This document shows positions 28,986-38,772 of a DNA stretch of 64,000 nt, in pieces; positions within the stretch are counted from its first letter, which is position 1, and each line of letters begins with the position of its first letter. The notes below the pieces were generated by a model. It was not told the DNA's origin, searched no databases, and was given only the letters and a program-made list of their open reading frames with translations. Where the stretch lies: positions 1,792,001-1,856,000 of the forward strand of contig CAWGHO010000002.1 of the NCBI GenBank assembly GCA_963822445.1, written 5' to 3'. The stretch is from an uncultured Acidobacteriota bacterium. Its GTDB lineage: Bacteria > Acidobacteriota > Thermoanaerobaculia > Gp7-AA8. Both the position numbers and the translations under genes were made by a program.

Positions 28986-30518
28986 ATGCCCCGCCCCTTC
29001 CTGATTCTCATCGTTCTCGACGGCTTCGGCTGCCGCAGCGAGCGGGAGTTCAACGCGATCGCGCAGGCCGAAACGCCGCGTTTTTCCCGGCTCTGGCACG
29101 AGCACACCTGGACCACGCTCGAAGCGTCCGGCCTCGCCGTGGGGTTGCCGGAAGGGCAGATGGGGAACTCCGAGGTGGGGCATCTGAACATGGGGGCGGG
29201 GCGGGTCATCGATCAGGACATCGTCCGCATCTCCAAGTCCATCCGCGGCCATGAGCTCGAGACGAACGCGACCTTCGTCGATGCGGTGAAGGGCTCGCGC
29301 AACGTGCATCTCACGGGACTGCTCTCCGACGGCGGCGTGCACTCGCTGCAGGAGCACCTGCACGGAATGATCGACGCCGCGCTGGCCCTCGGCGCGGAAA
29401 ACGTGTTCGTTCACGCCATCCTCGACGGCCGCGACACGCCACCGAAATCAGCAGAGCGTTACCTCGGCCATCTGCTCGCGCACATCAAAGACAAGCCGAA
29501 GGCGCGGCTGGCGACGGTCATCGGCCGCTACTTCGCCATGGACCGCGATCATCGCTGGGAGCGCGTCCAGCGCGCGTACGACCTGATGACCCTCGGCGTC
29601 GGGACGGAAACGAAAGACCCGATCGAGACCATGCGCCGCTTTTACGAACAGGGCGTGACCGACGAGTTCATGGAGCCGATCTCCGTCATCACCCCGGAAG
29701 GTTCGCATCTCGGCCGCGTCGAAGACGGCGACGCGCTGCTCTTCTTCAACTTCCGCGCGGACCGGATGCGCCAGATCGTGATCGCCTTCAAAGACGAGCA
29801 CTTCACGCCGTTCAACCGCGCCGTGCATCCGCGGACGCGCGTGGTGACGATGAATCAGTACCACGAGAAGTTCGACCTTCCCGTCGTCTACCCACCCGTC
29901 GCATGCATCAACAACCTCGGCCAGGTGATCTCACGCGCCGGGCTGACGCAGCTTCGGATCGCCGAGACCGAGAAGTACGCGCATGTCACGTTCTTCTTCA
30001 ACGGCGGGTCCGATCTGAAGTTCGACGGTGAAGATCGCATCCTCGTCCCCTCGCCGAAAGTCGCGACGTACGATCTCAAGCCGGAGATGTCGGTGTTCGA
30101 AGTGACGGACAAGGTCGTCGAGGCGATCGCGGCGCGAAAGTACGACGTGGTGATCATGAACATCGCCAACCCCGACATGGTCGGTCACACCGGCGTCATG
30201 GATGCCGCGGTGAAGGCCGTTCGCGACACGGACATCGCGGTCGGACGGATTCTCGATTGGGTAGAGAAAGTTGACGGCGTGGCGTTGATTACGGCAGACC
30301 ACGGAAACTGCGAATTGATGTTCGACACGGCCACGGGCCAGCCGCACACCGCGCACACGACGAATCCCGTGCCGCTGATCCTCGTCGATGCGAAGAAACG
30401 GTTCGGAACGCTGCGCGGCGGCGGCGTGCTGTCGAACGTGGCGCCGACGATTCTCACCATTCTCGGCATCGACAAGCCGGCGGAGATGACTGCCGAGTCG
30501 CTGCTGGTGCCGGCGTGA
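28986..30518 (+). CDS. gpmI: 2,3-bisphosphoglycerate-independent phosphoglycerate mutase
   Basis: LDGFG, GQMGNSEVGH, SDGGVHS, DGRDTPP, AETEKYAHVTFFFNGG, NPDMVGHTG, TADHGN. Confidence 0.98.
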   Translation: MPRPFLILIVLDGFGCRSEREFNAIAQAETPRFSRLWHEHTWTTLEASGLAVGLPEGQMGNSEVGHLNMGAGRVIDQDIVRISKSIRGHELETNATFVDAVKGSRNVHLTGLLSDGGVHSLQEHLHGMIDAALALGAENVFVHAILDGRDTPPKSAERYLGHLLAHIKDKPKARLATVIGRYFAMDRDHRWERVQRAYDLMTLGVGTETKDPIETMRRFYEQGVTDEFMEPISVITPEGSHLGRVEDGDALLFFNFRADRMRQIVIAFKDEHFTPFNRAVHPRTRVVTMNQYHEKFDLPVVYPPVACINNLGQVISRAGLTQLRIAETEKYAHVTFFFNGGSDLKFDGEDRILVPSPKVATYDLKPEMSVFEVTDKVVEAIAARKYDVVIMNIANPDMVGHTGVMDAAVKAVRDTDIAVGRILDWVEKVDGVALITADHGNCELMFDTATGQPHTAHTTNPVPLILVDAKKRFGTLRGGGVLSNVAPTILTILGIDKPAEMTAESLLVPA

Positions 30519-30521
30519 GGA

Positions 30522-30624
30522 CGTACGGCGGGCGTCCCGCCCGCTTCGCGCGGCGCGTCACGCGCCGCGCTGATCCCGCCGGGCCAGCGGCCCGTCGCAA
30601 AGCGGGCGAGACGCCCGCCGTACG
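30522..30624. repeat. REP-like palindromic element (103 bp)
   Basis: CGTACGGCGGGCGTCCCGCCCGC ... GCGGGCGAGACGCCCGCCGTACG. Confidence 0.9.
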
Positions 30625-30636
30625 CGGAGGGCACCC

Positions 30637-31233
30637 GTGACCCGCCAGCTCATCCTCGTCCGCCACGGCGAGACGCTGCACAACGTCGCGGGGATCGCCC
30701 AGGGCTGGAACGACAGCGAGCTCTCCGATCGCGGCAAGCAGCAGGTCAGCAAGCTCGCGGAGCGGCTGCGCAAGTACAACCCCGACGCGCTGTTCTCCTC
30801 ACCCCTCGGCCGCGCGTTGTCCACGGCGACGGCGATCATGGACATCCTGAAGATGGAGATCCAGGTTCTCGAAGATCTTCGCGAGATGAGCTACGGGGGC
30901 TGGGAGAACCGGTCCTTTCTCGACATCCGCCGCGACGAGCCCAGCGTCTACGAGAGCTGGATCGCCGATCCGGACGCGCCCAGCCCCGACGGCGAGTCCC
31001 ACAATCACGTTCGCGCGCGCATGGAGCGGGCTTTCGAGGCCGTTGCTGCGGCGGAACGTCCGGTGCTGGTCACACACGGAACGGCCATTCGCATCGCCGC
31101 GACGGCGCTGCTCGATGTGCCGGTCATGACCTCGCGAAACTTCGCCCAGGACAACGCGGCCATCAACATCTTCAACTGGCGCACCGACCGCTGGGTCCTG
31201 AAAATCTGGAACGACACGACGCATTGCGGATGA
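30637..31233 (+). CDS. Histidine phosphatase family protein
   Basis: LVRHGET, SSPLGRA, LREMSYGGWE, GES, VTHG. Confidence 0.92.
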   Translation: MTRQLILVRHGETLHNVAGIAQGWNDSELSDRGKQQVSKLAERLRKYNPDALFSSPLGRALSTATAIMDILKMEIQVLEDLREMSYGGWENRSFLDIRRDEPSVYESWIADPDAPSPDGESHNHVRARMERAFEAVAAAERPVLVTHGTAIRIAATALLDVPVMTSRNFAQDNAAINIFNWRTDRWVLKIWNDTTHCG

Positions 31234-31236
31234 TGA

Positions 31237-33192
31237 ATGATTCTCGAATCGATACACGAAGAGCTGACTGAAACCCTCAAGACGCGCGTGCTGACGATGT
31301 TCGGTCACGCCATCGACCGGCTCGTGCTGCAGGCGCCGCCGAAGTTGAACATGGGCGATCTGGCCACGCCGGTCGCGCTGGAACTGGCCAAGGCGTTGAA
31401 GCGCAAGCCGCGGGAAATCGCCGAACAGCTGTCCAACGGCATGCACCTTCCGCTGTTCGTCGAGCGGGTCACGGTCGAGGGGGCGGGCTACCTCAACTTT
31501 CACTTCGATCGCGGTGCGTTCACCGCCCAGCATTTCCGCAACGTCATGGCCGCGCCGCCACCGACCGGCACGCGCGTCATCGTCGAGCACACGAACATCA
31601 ATCCCAACAAAGCCGCGCACATCGGTCACCTCCGCAACGCCGTCCTCGGCGACACCTACGTCCGCTGCGCGAAATGGCTCGGCGACCACGTCGAGACGCA
31701 GAACTACATCGATGACACGGGCGTGCAGGTCGCGGACGTGGTGGTTGCGTTCGAGCGGCTGGAAAAGAAGTCGTATGCCGACGTGCAGCGGCTGATTGAA
31801 ACGACCGAGCGCTTCGACTATCTGTGCTGGGACGTCTACTCGAAGATGGCCCAGTACTACGCCGATCATCCCGAGGCTCAGGAGTGGCGGAAAGAGACCC
31901 TGCATAAGGTCGAGAAGCAGGAAGGGGAGACGGCGCAGCTCGCGGCGCTCATCGCCCGGAACATCGTCCATCGCCACCTGAAGACGATGCTGCGGCTGGA
32001 CATCCGCTACGACCTCCTGCCGAAAGAGAGCGACATCATCCACGCCCACTTCTGGGACCGCGCGTTCGAGCTGCTCAAGCAGTCCGGCGCCGTGGTCTAC
32101 GAGGAGGAGGGGAAGAGCAAGGGCTGCTGGGTCATGAAGCTCGAGGAATCGGAGCAGTTCGCGGGCATGAACGAGCCCGACAAGATCCTCGTGCGCTCGA
32201 ACGGTACGGTGACCTACACCGGGAAAGACATCGCCTACCAGCTCTGGAAGCTGGGCATGCTCGATCGGACGTTCGAGTACAAGAAGTTCGAGCCGAATGC
32301 CGGCTATCTGGTCTGGGAGACCACGCATGGCGGCGCGGGCGATCCGTCGGCGCCGAAGTTCGGCGGCGCGAAGCGCGTCGTGAACGTGATCGACACCCGT
32401 CAGGCCTATCTGCAGAAGGTGGTCAAGGAAGGCGTCCGCCAGCTCGGTCACGTGCAGGAAGCGGAGAACTCGATCCACTACTCCTACGAGATGGTCGCGC
32501 TGACGCCGAGCACGGCCAAAGAGCTGGGGATGGAGATTTCCGACGAGGATGCGAAGCGGGCCTACGTCGAAATGTCGGGACGGAAAGGCTTTGGCGTGAA
32601 GGCGGACGATCTGCTCGACGAGCTGGAGCGGAAGGCGATCGACGCGGTCAAGACCAACGCGACCGAGCTCGATGACGCCACCGCGAACGAGATCGGCCGG
32701 CAGGTTGCCGTGGCCGCGCTCCGCTACTTCATGCTCCGTTTCGGCCGGAACAAGGTCATCGCCTTCGACCTGAACGAAGCCCTGAAGTTCGAAGGGGACT
32801 CGGGGCCGTACCTGCAGTACTCGACGGTGCGCGTGCAGAACATTTTCCGGAAGATGAAAGAGCGCGGCGTCGACCCGATGCTGACCGGCAACGCGGTCGA
32901 CAACCTGACGCTGCACCAGGGGCTGACCGACGAGATGTGGGAGCTGGTGAGGTTGTCCGCGGAGTTACCCGCGGCGATCCGGCGGGCGGTGGAAGGGCTG
33001 GAGATGTCCGTGGTGACCCAGTACCTGCTGGATCTCGCGCAGAAGTTCAACAGTTTCTACCACAAGTATCCGATCCTCAATGAGAAGGACGACGCGGAGC
33101 GGCAGCGGCGGGCGGTGTGCGCGGAAGTGTTTCGGAAAACAATGGTGGGAGCGCTCGATTTGCTGGGAATTCCGGTTCCGGAGCGGATGTAA
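31237..33192 (+). CDS. argS: Arginine--tRNA ligase
   Basis: VEHTNINPNKAAHIGHLRNA (HIGH), MSGRKG, FEGDSGPYLQY, C-terminal PERM. Confidence 0.97.
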   Translation: MILESIHEELTETLKTRVLTMFGHAIDRLVLQAPPKLNMGDLATPVALELAKALKRKPREIAEQLSNGMHLPLFVERVTVEGAGYLNFHFDRGAFTAQHFRNVMAAPPPTGTRVIVEHTNINPNKAAHIGHLRNAVLGDTYVRCAKWLGDHVETQNYIDDTGVQVADVVVAFERLEKKSYADVQRLIETTERFDYLCWDVYSKMAQYYADHPEAQEWRKETLHKVEKQEGETAQLAALIARNIVHRHLKTMLRLDIRYDLLPKESDIIHAHFWDRAFELLKQSGAVVYEEEGKSKGCWVMKLEESEQFAGMNEPDKILVRSNGTVTYTGKDIAYQLWKLGMLDRTFEYKKFEPNAGYLVWETTHGGAGDPSAPKFGGAKRVVNVIDTRQAYLQKVVKEGVRQLGHVQEAENSIHYSYEMVALTPSTAKELGMEISDEDAKRAYVEMSGRKGFGVKADDLLDELERKAIDAVKTNATELDDATANEIGRQVAVAALRYFMLRFGRNKVIAFDLNEALKFEGDSGPYLQYSTVRVQNIFRKMKERGVDPMLTGNAVDNLTLHQGLTDEMWELVRLSAELPAAIRRAVEGLEMSVVTQYLLDLAQKFNSFYHKYPILNEKDDAERQRRAVCAEVFRKTMVGALDLLGIPVPERM

Positions 33193-33241
33193 ACCCGGTA
33201 GAATCCCGAGCCTGGCGGCAGTCCAATCCGCCACCCACAAC

Positions 33242-33415
33242 ATGAGATACGACCTTCAGGACTTCATCCTCCGCGCGCTCATTCTTCTCGCCGGCGGCCT
33301 CGCCGCCACGCTGCTCGCCATCAAAGGCTACGGACAGGCGTTGCCCGCCGTCGCCGTGGGCGGAGCGATAGGGGCGATTTTCGCCGGACGGGTGCAGCCG
33401 CGAATCGAGGAGTAG
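33242..33415 (+). CDS. Small 2-TM hypothetical protein
   Basis: MRYDLQDFILRALILLAGG...; host-like codon usage; upstream TAGAAT. Confidence 0.6.
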   Translation: MRYDLQDFILRALILLAGGLAATLLAIKGYGQALPAVAVGGAIGAIFAGRVQPRIEE

Positions 33416-33420
33416 GGGCG

Positions 33421-33481
33421 GTGTGGTGCAGGCCTCTGGCCTGCCTTTCTGCCACAGGCAGGCCGGAGGCCTGCACCACAC
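33421..33481. repeat. REP-like palindrome between convergent genes (possible terminator)
   Basis: GTGTGGTGCAGGCCTCTGGCCTGCC ... GGCAGGCCGGAGGCCTGCACCACAC. Confidence 0.88.
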
Positions 33482-33490
33482 GGGTGCCCG

Positions 33491-33727
33491 CTAGACGGCT
33501 TCTTCTTCCTGGCCTCCGCCGCCTTCTGCGCGACGGACATTCTCCGCCTGCAGCCCCTTCGGACCCTGTTTCACGTCGAACTCCACCCGCTCACCCTCGT
33601 TGAGCGTGCGATAGCCCGACGCCTGGATCGACGTGTGATGGACGAAGACGTCCTCACCCGTGTTGCGTTTGATGAACCCGAAGCCTTTGTCGTTGTTGAA
33701 CCACTTCACTGTACCAGTCTCAGGCAT
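33491..33727 (-). CDS. Cold-shock protein
   Basis: [34 protein letters not shown]. Confidence 0.96.
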   Translation of the reverse strand: MPETGTVKWFNNDKGFGFIKRNTGEDVFVHHTSIQASGYRTLNEGERVEFDVKQGPKGLQAENVRRAEGGGGQEEEAV

Positions 33728-33827
33728 TCCTACCTCCGACCGCACCGTGAATCCCAGCCCGGCGCGTGCTACTCATCTGATGCGCTGCAAACCTGCGATT
33801 GCAGCAGAGTTCATTTGTGCAATGTCT

Positions 33828-34691
33828 CTACCAGATCAGTGCGCGATTCATCCCGATGCGATGAAATCCCAGCGACTCGTACAGGCGAATGGCGGGCAGG
33901 TTGAAGTCGTTGACGAACAGCGTGACCGTTTTTCCCTTGCGAATGAGGTGGCCGCAAACCTCGCGCAGCATCTCGAAAGCAAGCCCCTGCCGGCGGTAGT
34001 GGGGATGGGTCCACACTCCCATCAGCTGCACCGCGTCGTTGGTGACCGCCGAGTACTCGCACTTCGCCGCGATCACGCCGTCGACCAGCCGCACCACCGA
34101 GCGTTTCTTGTCGACCAGCTCCCGGATCCGCTCGCGATACCCGGGCGCATCGCGCTCCAGCGGATCGATGCCGACCTCTTCCTTGTGCATCGCGGCGCAC
34201 GCCGGCACGAGCTGATCGAGATCGCGCACCGTTGAATAGCGCGCGACGTTCAGATCGGGAAAATCGAGTCGCGGCTTGAGCGCGTAAATCGGCTGATTCA
34301 TCCGCACGACCGTCGGCGGATCGAGGCGCGTGCGCAACTGCGCCCACAGGACTTCGACCAGATGCGCCGGCGAGATCATGGCCCGCACCGGAAGCATGCG
34401 GGTGATGATTCGATCGGCCACCAGCGCGATCGCGGACTCGGTGATGTCCGCGCCGTACGACCGGTCCCCGGCCAGAACGATGTTCGTAGCCAGCGATGCG
34501 ACCAACACGATCGCGCCGTTGTGCCGCACGACCACGATCTGCGTCGCCGCCAGGGTCCGTTCCTCGAGCAGCCGCGAGATCAGGTAGACGTTGATCAGCG
34601 GGTCGCGCTGAAGAAACTCCTGCGCGCCCTTGAAGTCGTCTTCCGACAGAAGCCGGATCGACCATCTCCCCTCGGCGGGTAGCGTAGCCAT
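33828..34691 (-). CDS. GNAT N-acetyltransferase (DUF4081-like N-terminus)
   Basis: GVWTHPHYRRQGLA, LFVNDFNLPAIRLYESLGF. Confidence 0.9.
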   Translation of the reverse strand: MATLPAEGRWSIRLLSEDDFKGAQEFLQRDPLINVYLISRLLEERTLAATQIVVVRHNGAIVLVASLATNIVLAGDRSYGADITESAIALVADRIITRMLPVRAMISPAHLVEVLWAQLRTRLDPPTVVRMNQPIYALKPRLDFPDLNVARYSTVRDLDQLVPACAAMHKEEVGIDPLERDAPGYRERIRELVDKKRSVVRLVDGVIAAKCEYSAVTNDAVQLMGVWTHPHYRRQGLAFEMLREVCGHLIRKGKTVTLFVNDFNLPAIRLYESLGFHRIGMNRALIW

Positions 34692-34697
34692 TTGAGG

Positions 34698-34787
34698 TCA
34701 GTCGTTAGTCGTTAGTGATTAGTCGTTAGTAGAACCTCGGCTAGTGGTTCGTCCTACTAACCACTAATCACTAACGACTAACGACTA
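34698..34787. repeat. Inverted tandem heptamer hairpin, same family as 28880
   Basis: TCAGTCGTTAGTCGTTAGTGATTAGTCGTTAGTAG ... CTACTAACCACTAATCACTAACGACTAACGACTA. Confidence 0.9.
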
Positions 34788-36086
34788 GAGCTGCGACCTC
34801 CCCAAGTATGCCAGCCCGTCGACGAACTTGTGCCACGCGCCGCGATCCTTCCACTCTCCGAGCTCGCGCTTGCGGGCGTGACGCAGGTCGGCTTCGAAGG
34901 CCGCGCGGAGCTGCGCGGCGACGGCGGCGTCGAGCACGCCGATGTTCACTTCGTCGTTGAGATCGAACGAGCGATCGTCGAAGTTCGTCGAGCCGACGCT
35001 CGACCAGACACCGTCGACGATGATCACTTTCTGGTGCAGGAGCGTCTTCTGGTACTCCCAGATCTTCACGCCCTTCTTCAGCAGCGTCCCGAAGTGATGG
35101 TGGCTGGCGTGCTGTACGACCGGGGAGTCGGTCGCGTCGTCAGACGGAACCATGATCATCACGTTCACGCCGCGCTCGACCGCTTCCTCGAGCGCTTCGA
35201 TGGCTTCGTCGTCGGGAAGGAGATAGGGGTTCTGGATGATGATCTCGCGCTTCGCGGCTTTGATGGCCAGGTAGTAGAGGATCTGCACCGAGGACACGCC
35301 GCCGCTCGGCGAGGTGTAGGCGACGTGCGTGGTCGACGTTCCGGCTGCGGGGAGATGCGGGAAGTACTTGTTGCCGGCCGGGATGATCCCGACTTCCTCG
35401 ATCCAGTTCTCCGCGAACGCGCCCTGCAGCCGGTTCACCGCCGGTCCGGTCACGCGCAGGGCCGTATCCCGCCAATGCTTCTTGTCCTGGCCGTTGCCGG
35501 TCCATTCGTCGGCGATTCCATGTCCGCCGATGAAGCCGATCCGGCCGTCGATGATGAACAGTTTGCGATGGTCGCGATTGTTCAGGCGGCCGAGGTTGCT
35601 GACGCGCAGAGGATGGAAGTGGGCGACCTTCGCGCCGGCCGCGGTGAGCATCTCCTTGATCGGCCCCTTGAGCTGGCGGCCGCCGGAGCCGTCGACGAGG
35701 ATCCGCACTTCCACGCCCTGCCGCGCCTTCTGAGCCAGCAGTTTGGCCAGCTGATTGGCGATCGTGCTCTCGTACCAGATGTAGCTTTCGATGTGGACGC
35801 TTTCCTTCGCCGCGGCGATGTCGCGCATGACCAGCGGGAAGAACCCGTCGCCGTTCTGCAGGACCTCGATGCGATTGCCTTCGTCGAGGCTCGATTGGGT
35901 GAGGCCCGCGAGCGACGGAAGCAGCGTTTGCAGCTCGCCGGCGGTCGAGACGCGAATCTTTACGTCCGGCTTCCGCTTCACGGAGTAGATGAGAATCGCC
36001 AGGAAGATCAGGCCGAGCACGGCCGTGACGGCTACGACGAGCGGAACCTCCACGTAAGTCGTCGAGCCTTTTCTCTCTTTTTTCAT
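34785..36086 (-). CDS. Cardiolipin synthase-type phospholipase D
   Basis: Two HKD motifs (RDHRKLFIIDG, LHQKVIIVDG) and an N-terminal TM. Confidence 0.92.
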   Translation of the reverse strand: MKKERKGSTTYVEVPLVVAVTAVLGLIFLAILIYSVKRKPDVKIRVSTAGELQTLLPSLAGLTQSSLDEGNRIEVLQNGDGFFPLVMRDIAAAKESVHIESYIWYESTIANQLAKLLAQKARQGVEVRILVDGSGGRQLKGPIKEMLTAAGAKVAHFHPLRVSNLGRLNNRDHRKLFIIDGRIGFIGGHGIADEWTGNGQDKKHWRDTALRVTGPAVNRLQGAFAENWIEEVGIIPAGNKYFPHLPAAGTSTTHVAYTSPSGGVSSVQILYYLAIKAAKREIIIQNPYLLPDDEAIEALEEAVERGVNVMIMVPSDDATDSPVVQHASHHHFGTLLKKGVKIWEYQKTLLHQKVIIVDGVWSSVGSTNFDDRSFDLNDEVNIGVLDAAVAAQLRAAFEADLRHARKRELGEWKDRGAWHKFVDGLAYLGRSQL

Positions 36087-36925
36087 GGGTGCACGAGCTC
36101 CGCAAGGACAGCGCGATGGTCGGATGGTCCGTCGTCGAGCACGCGCGCGCTGCGCACCTGCCAGCCGGGATCGATGAGGATGTAGTCGAGTCTCTGCTCC
36201 ATCACCCGGTGCGTCGGCGCCGCCGGATCGCCGGCGAACTGGAGGATGTTCTTGTCCAGGAACGAAACCATCTCCGGCGTTTCCGGCGGGGCGTTGAGAT
36301 CGCCGACGAGGATGAACGGATGCGCCGCCGCGCGGATGTGCGTGTTGACGCACTTCAGTTGCAGGTCTCGCGTCTCGCGTCCGAGGGATGCCCAGGCGGT
36401 CACGTGGGTCACGTAGAACTCGATCGTGCCGCCGTTGATGTTCACCACCGCTTCGAGCAGTGATCGCGGCTCCCCGGTGCCCGGCAGATCGTGCACTTCG
36501 CTTTTCAGAATTTTGCCGCGGGTGAGAATCGCGTTCCCGAAATCGCCGCCCATGAAGCGGTAGCTGCGCCCGAACAGGATGGTCATGCCGGTGAGCCGCG
36601 TGAGCTCCTCGGTGTGATCGCCGAAACGGGCCTGCCATGTGTTCTTGTGGGCCTCGTTGATGCCGACGATGTCCGGCTTGTGCTGGTTGATGACTTTCGC
36701 GATCTCCTCGATGTGATCGTTGCGCAGCAGCGACGCGTGCCCCTCGATGTTGAAGCTCATGACCACGAGCCTCTTCGGGTAGGTCGTCGCGAAGCGCACG
36801 GGCACGCGCGCACGGCACTCGCCTGCCTGGAATCGATACACCCCGAGGACGCGGTAGGTCATCACCAGCAGAGGGATGGCGATGATGATGGCCGTGATCT
36901 TCAGCGCGCGGCGGCGGCGGGACAT
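36083..36925 (-). CDS. Endonuclease/exonuclease/phosphatase family protein (membrane-anchored)
   Basis: MSFNI, INE, GNAILT, VGDLN, LDYI, SDH. Confidence 0.9.
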   Translation of the reverse strand: MSRRRRALKITAIIIAIPLLVMTYRVLGVYRFQAGECRARVPVRFATTYPKRLVVMSFNIEGHASLLRNDHIEEIAKVINQHKPDIVGINEAHKNTWQARFGDHTEELTRLTGMTILFGRSYRFMGGDFGNAILTRGKILKSEVHDLPGTGEPRSLLEAVVNINGGTIEFYVTHVTAWASLGRETRDLQLKCVNTHIRAAAHPFILVGDLNAPPETPEMVSFLDKNILQFAGDPAAPTHRVMEQRLDYILIDPGWQVRSARVLDDGPSDHRAVLAELVHP

Positions 36926-36947
36926 GACGGGCCGGGGCGTAGCGAGT

Positions 36948-37658
36948 TCAATGCCCGGGCGCTAACAACACCAGCACATCCTCATGCTTCCACAGCGCCG
37001 AAGCCGGGAACGACTCGTCGCTCTCGCCGCTTTGCAGCCGGGCGATCGCTTCCTGCTTTCCCTTGCCCGCGGCGAGAAGGACGATCGCCCGCGATTCGAG
37101 AATCGTCCCGATCCCCATGGTGATCGCGTGGGTGGGAACGTGTCCCGCGGGGAAGAGATCCGCGTTCGCCGTGCGTGTCGACTGGGTCAGCTCGACCACG
37201 CGTGTGCGGGCGTCGAAGGGTGTGCCGGGCTCGTTGAAGCCGATGTGGCCGTTGCGGCCGAGGCCGAGGAAGGTCAGGTCGAGACCACCGGCTTCGTGCA
37301 TCACGATCTCGTAGCGGAGGCATTCCTCATGGAGATCGGGAGCGTTGCCGTGGGGGATGTGCGCGTTCAGCGGATCGATGTCCACGTGGTCGAACAGATG
37401 CTGGCGCATGTATGTGTAGTAGCTGCCGGGATGGTCGGGCGTCACGTCGGCGTATTCGTCGAGGTTGAACGTGGTCACGTCGCGGAAGCAGTGGTACTCG
37501 CGCGAGCATTCGCGGACCACGCGCTCGTACATGCCGATGGGCGTGCGGCCGGTGGGGAGGCCGAGGACCGCGCGTGGTTTCTCGCGGATCGCGTCCAGCA
37601 TCAGATGCGCGGCGCGGTCCGCGAGCGCATCCGCCGAATCAAACGTTTCCCAGCGCAT
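36948..37658 (-). CDS. nagB: Glucosamine-6-phosphate deaminase
   Basis: LGLPTGRTP, FNLDEY, GLGRNGHIGFNEPG, AITMGIGTI. Confidence 0.96.
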   Translation of the reverse strand: MRWETFDSADALADRAAHLMLDAIREKPRAVLGLPTGRTPIGMYERVVRECSREYHCFRDVTTFNLDEYADVTPDHPGSYYTYMRQHLFDHVDIDPLNAHIPHGNAPDLHEECLRYEIVMHEAGGLDLTFLGLGRNGHIGFNEPGTPFDARTRVVELTQSTRTANADLFPAGHVPTHAITMGIGTILESRAIVLLAAGKGKQEAIARLQSGESDESFPASALWKHEDVLVLLAPGH

Positions 37659-38772
37659 CGCCCCTCACCCAGACCCGCTCCACGTCGAACTTCTCGGTCA
37701 GCAGCACCAGATCGGCGTCGTAACGCGATTCGATCTTTCCCTTGCGGTCGCTGACGCCCACGATGCGCGCGGGCACTTCCGTGGCCAGCGGCAGCACCGT
37801 TTCCAGGGGGAGACCCGCGAGCTCGACCATGTTCTTCACTGCACCGGCCATGGTGAGCACGCTTCCCGCCAGCGTCCCGTCGGTCAGCCGCGCGGCGCCG
37901 TCAGCCACGGTCACCTCGTAGTCGTAGAGCTTGTACGTGCCGTCGGCGAGGCCGCAGGCGCGCATGGCGTCGGTGATGAGCGCGATGCGATGGGGCATGG
38001 CCGTCACGGCGAGGCGAAGCGCTGCCTGATGCACGTGAACGCCGTCGGCGATCAACTCCGCGGTCGCATCGACGCTGGTCATCGCCGCGCCGACGACGCC
38101 GGGATCGCGATGATGCAGTCCGGTCATGGCGTTGAAGAGGTGGGTGAAGTGGCACGCGCCCCATTCCAGCGCGGCGACGGCGGTGGCGTGATTCGCGGAG
38201 GTGTGGCCGATGGAGAAGAGCACGCGGTCGCGGAAGTGCTCGATCAGCGCCTGCGCTCCTTCGATCTCCGGGGCGATGGTGACGATCCAGCGCAGCCGCG
38301 GGGCTTCGTTGATCAGCGCCGCGAGCTCGTGGATATCCGAAGGTCTGATCGACGTCAGGTCCTGCGCGCCGGCACGCTCGCGGTTGATGTACGGACCTTC
38401 GAGATGCACGCCGACGATCTCCGCGCCATCGGGTGTTCCCGCGGCGACGCGGCGGATGGCTTCGACGGCGGTTTGCAGGTCGCCTCGCGAGGCCGACAGC
38501 GTCGTCGCCGCGAGCGCGGTCGTGCCGTGGCGCGCGTGAAAGCGGAGGATGCGCTCCGTTCCTTCGTCGTGCGCGTCCATGAAATCCGCGCCGTCGCCAC
38601 CGTGAACGTGCACGTCGATGAAGCCGGGCACGAGGATTCCGCGAAGGCGGTCCGCGTCGGCGGGCACGCGCGTCGTGCGCTCGACGTCCGCGATGACCGC
38701 CCCGTCCAGCGTGATCAGCACATCCTCGTGAATCGCGGCGTCGACGAAGGCGCGGCCGTACAGATGTTTCAC
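37639..38772 (-). CDS. nagA: N-acetylglucosamine-6-phosphate deacetylase
   Basis: PGFIDVHVHG, HLEGPY, THLFNAM, IADGVHVH, TDAM, LAGS. Confidence 0.96.
   Translation of the reverse strand: MKHLYGRAFVDAAIHEDVLITLDGAVIADVERTTRVPADADRLRGILVPGFIDVHVHGGDGADFMDAHDEGTERILRFHARHGTTALAATTLSASRGDLQTAVEAIRRVAAGTPDGAEIVGVHLEGPYINRERAGAQDLTSIRPSDIHELAALINEAPRLRWIVTIAPEIEGAQALIEHFRDRVLFSIGHTSANHATAVAALEWGACHFTHLFNAMTGLHHRDPGVVGAAMTSVDATAELIADGVHVHQAALRLAVTAMPHRIALITDAMRACGLADGTYKLYDYEVTVADGAARLTDGTLAGSVLTMAGAVKNMVELAGLPLETVLPLATEVPARIVGVSDRKGKIESRYDADLVLLTEKFDVERVWVRGDALGNV

Noticed and set aside
30799-32916. Long antisense or alternate-frame ORFs (e.g. 30799-32916, 40877-42997, 46309-48309, 37465-39174)
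   Set aside because: These are shadow ORFs expected in high-GC DNA opposite well-supported genes; they show no motifs.
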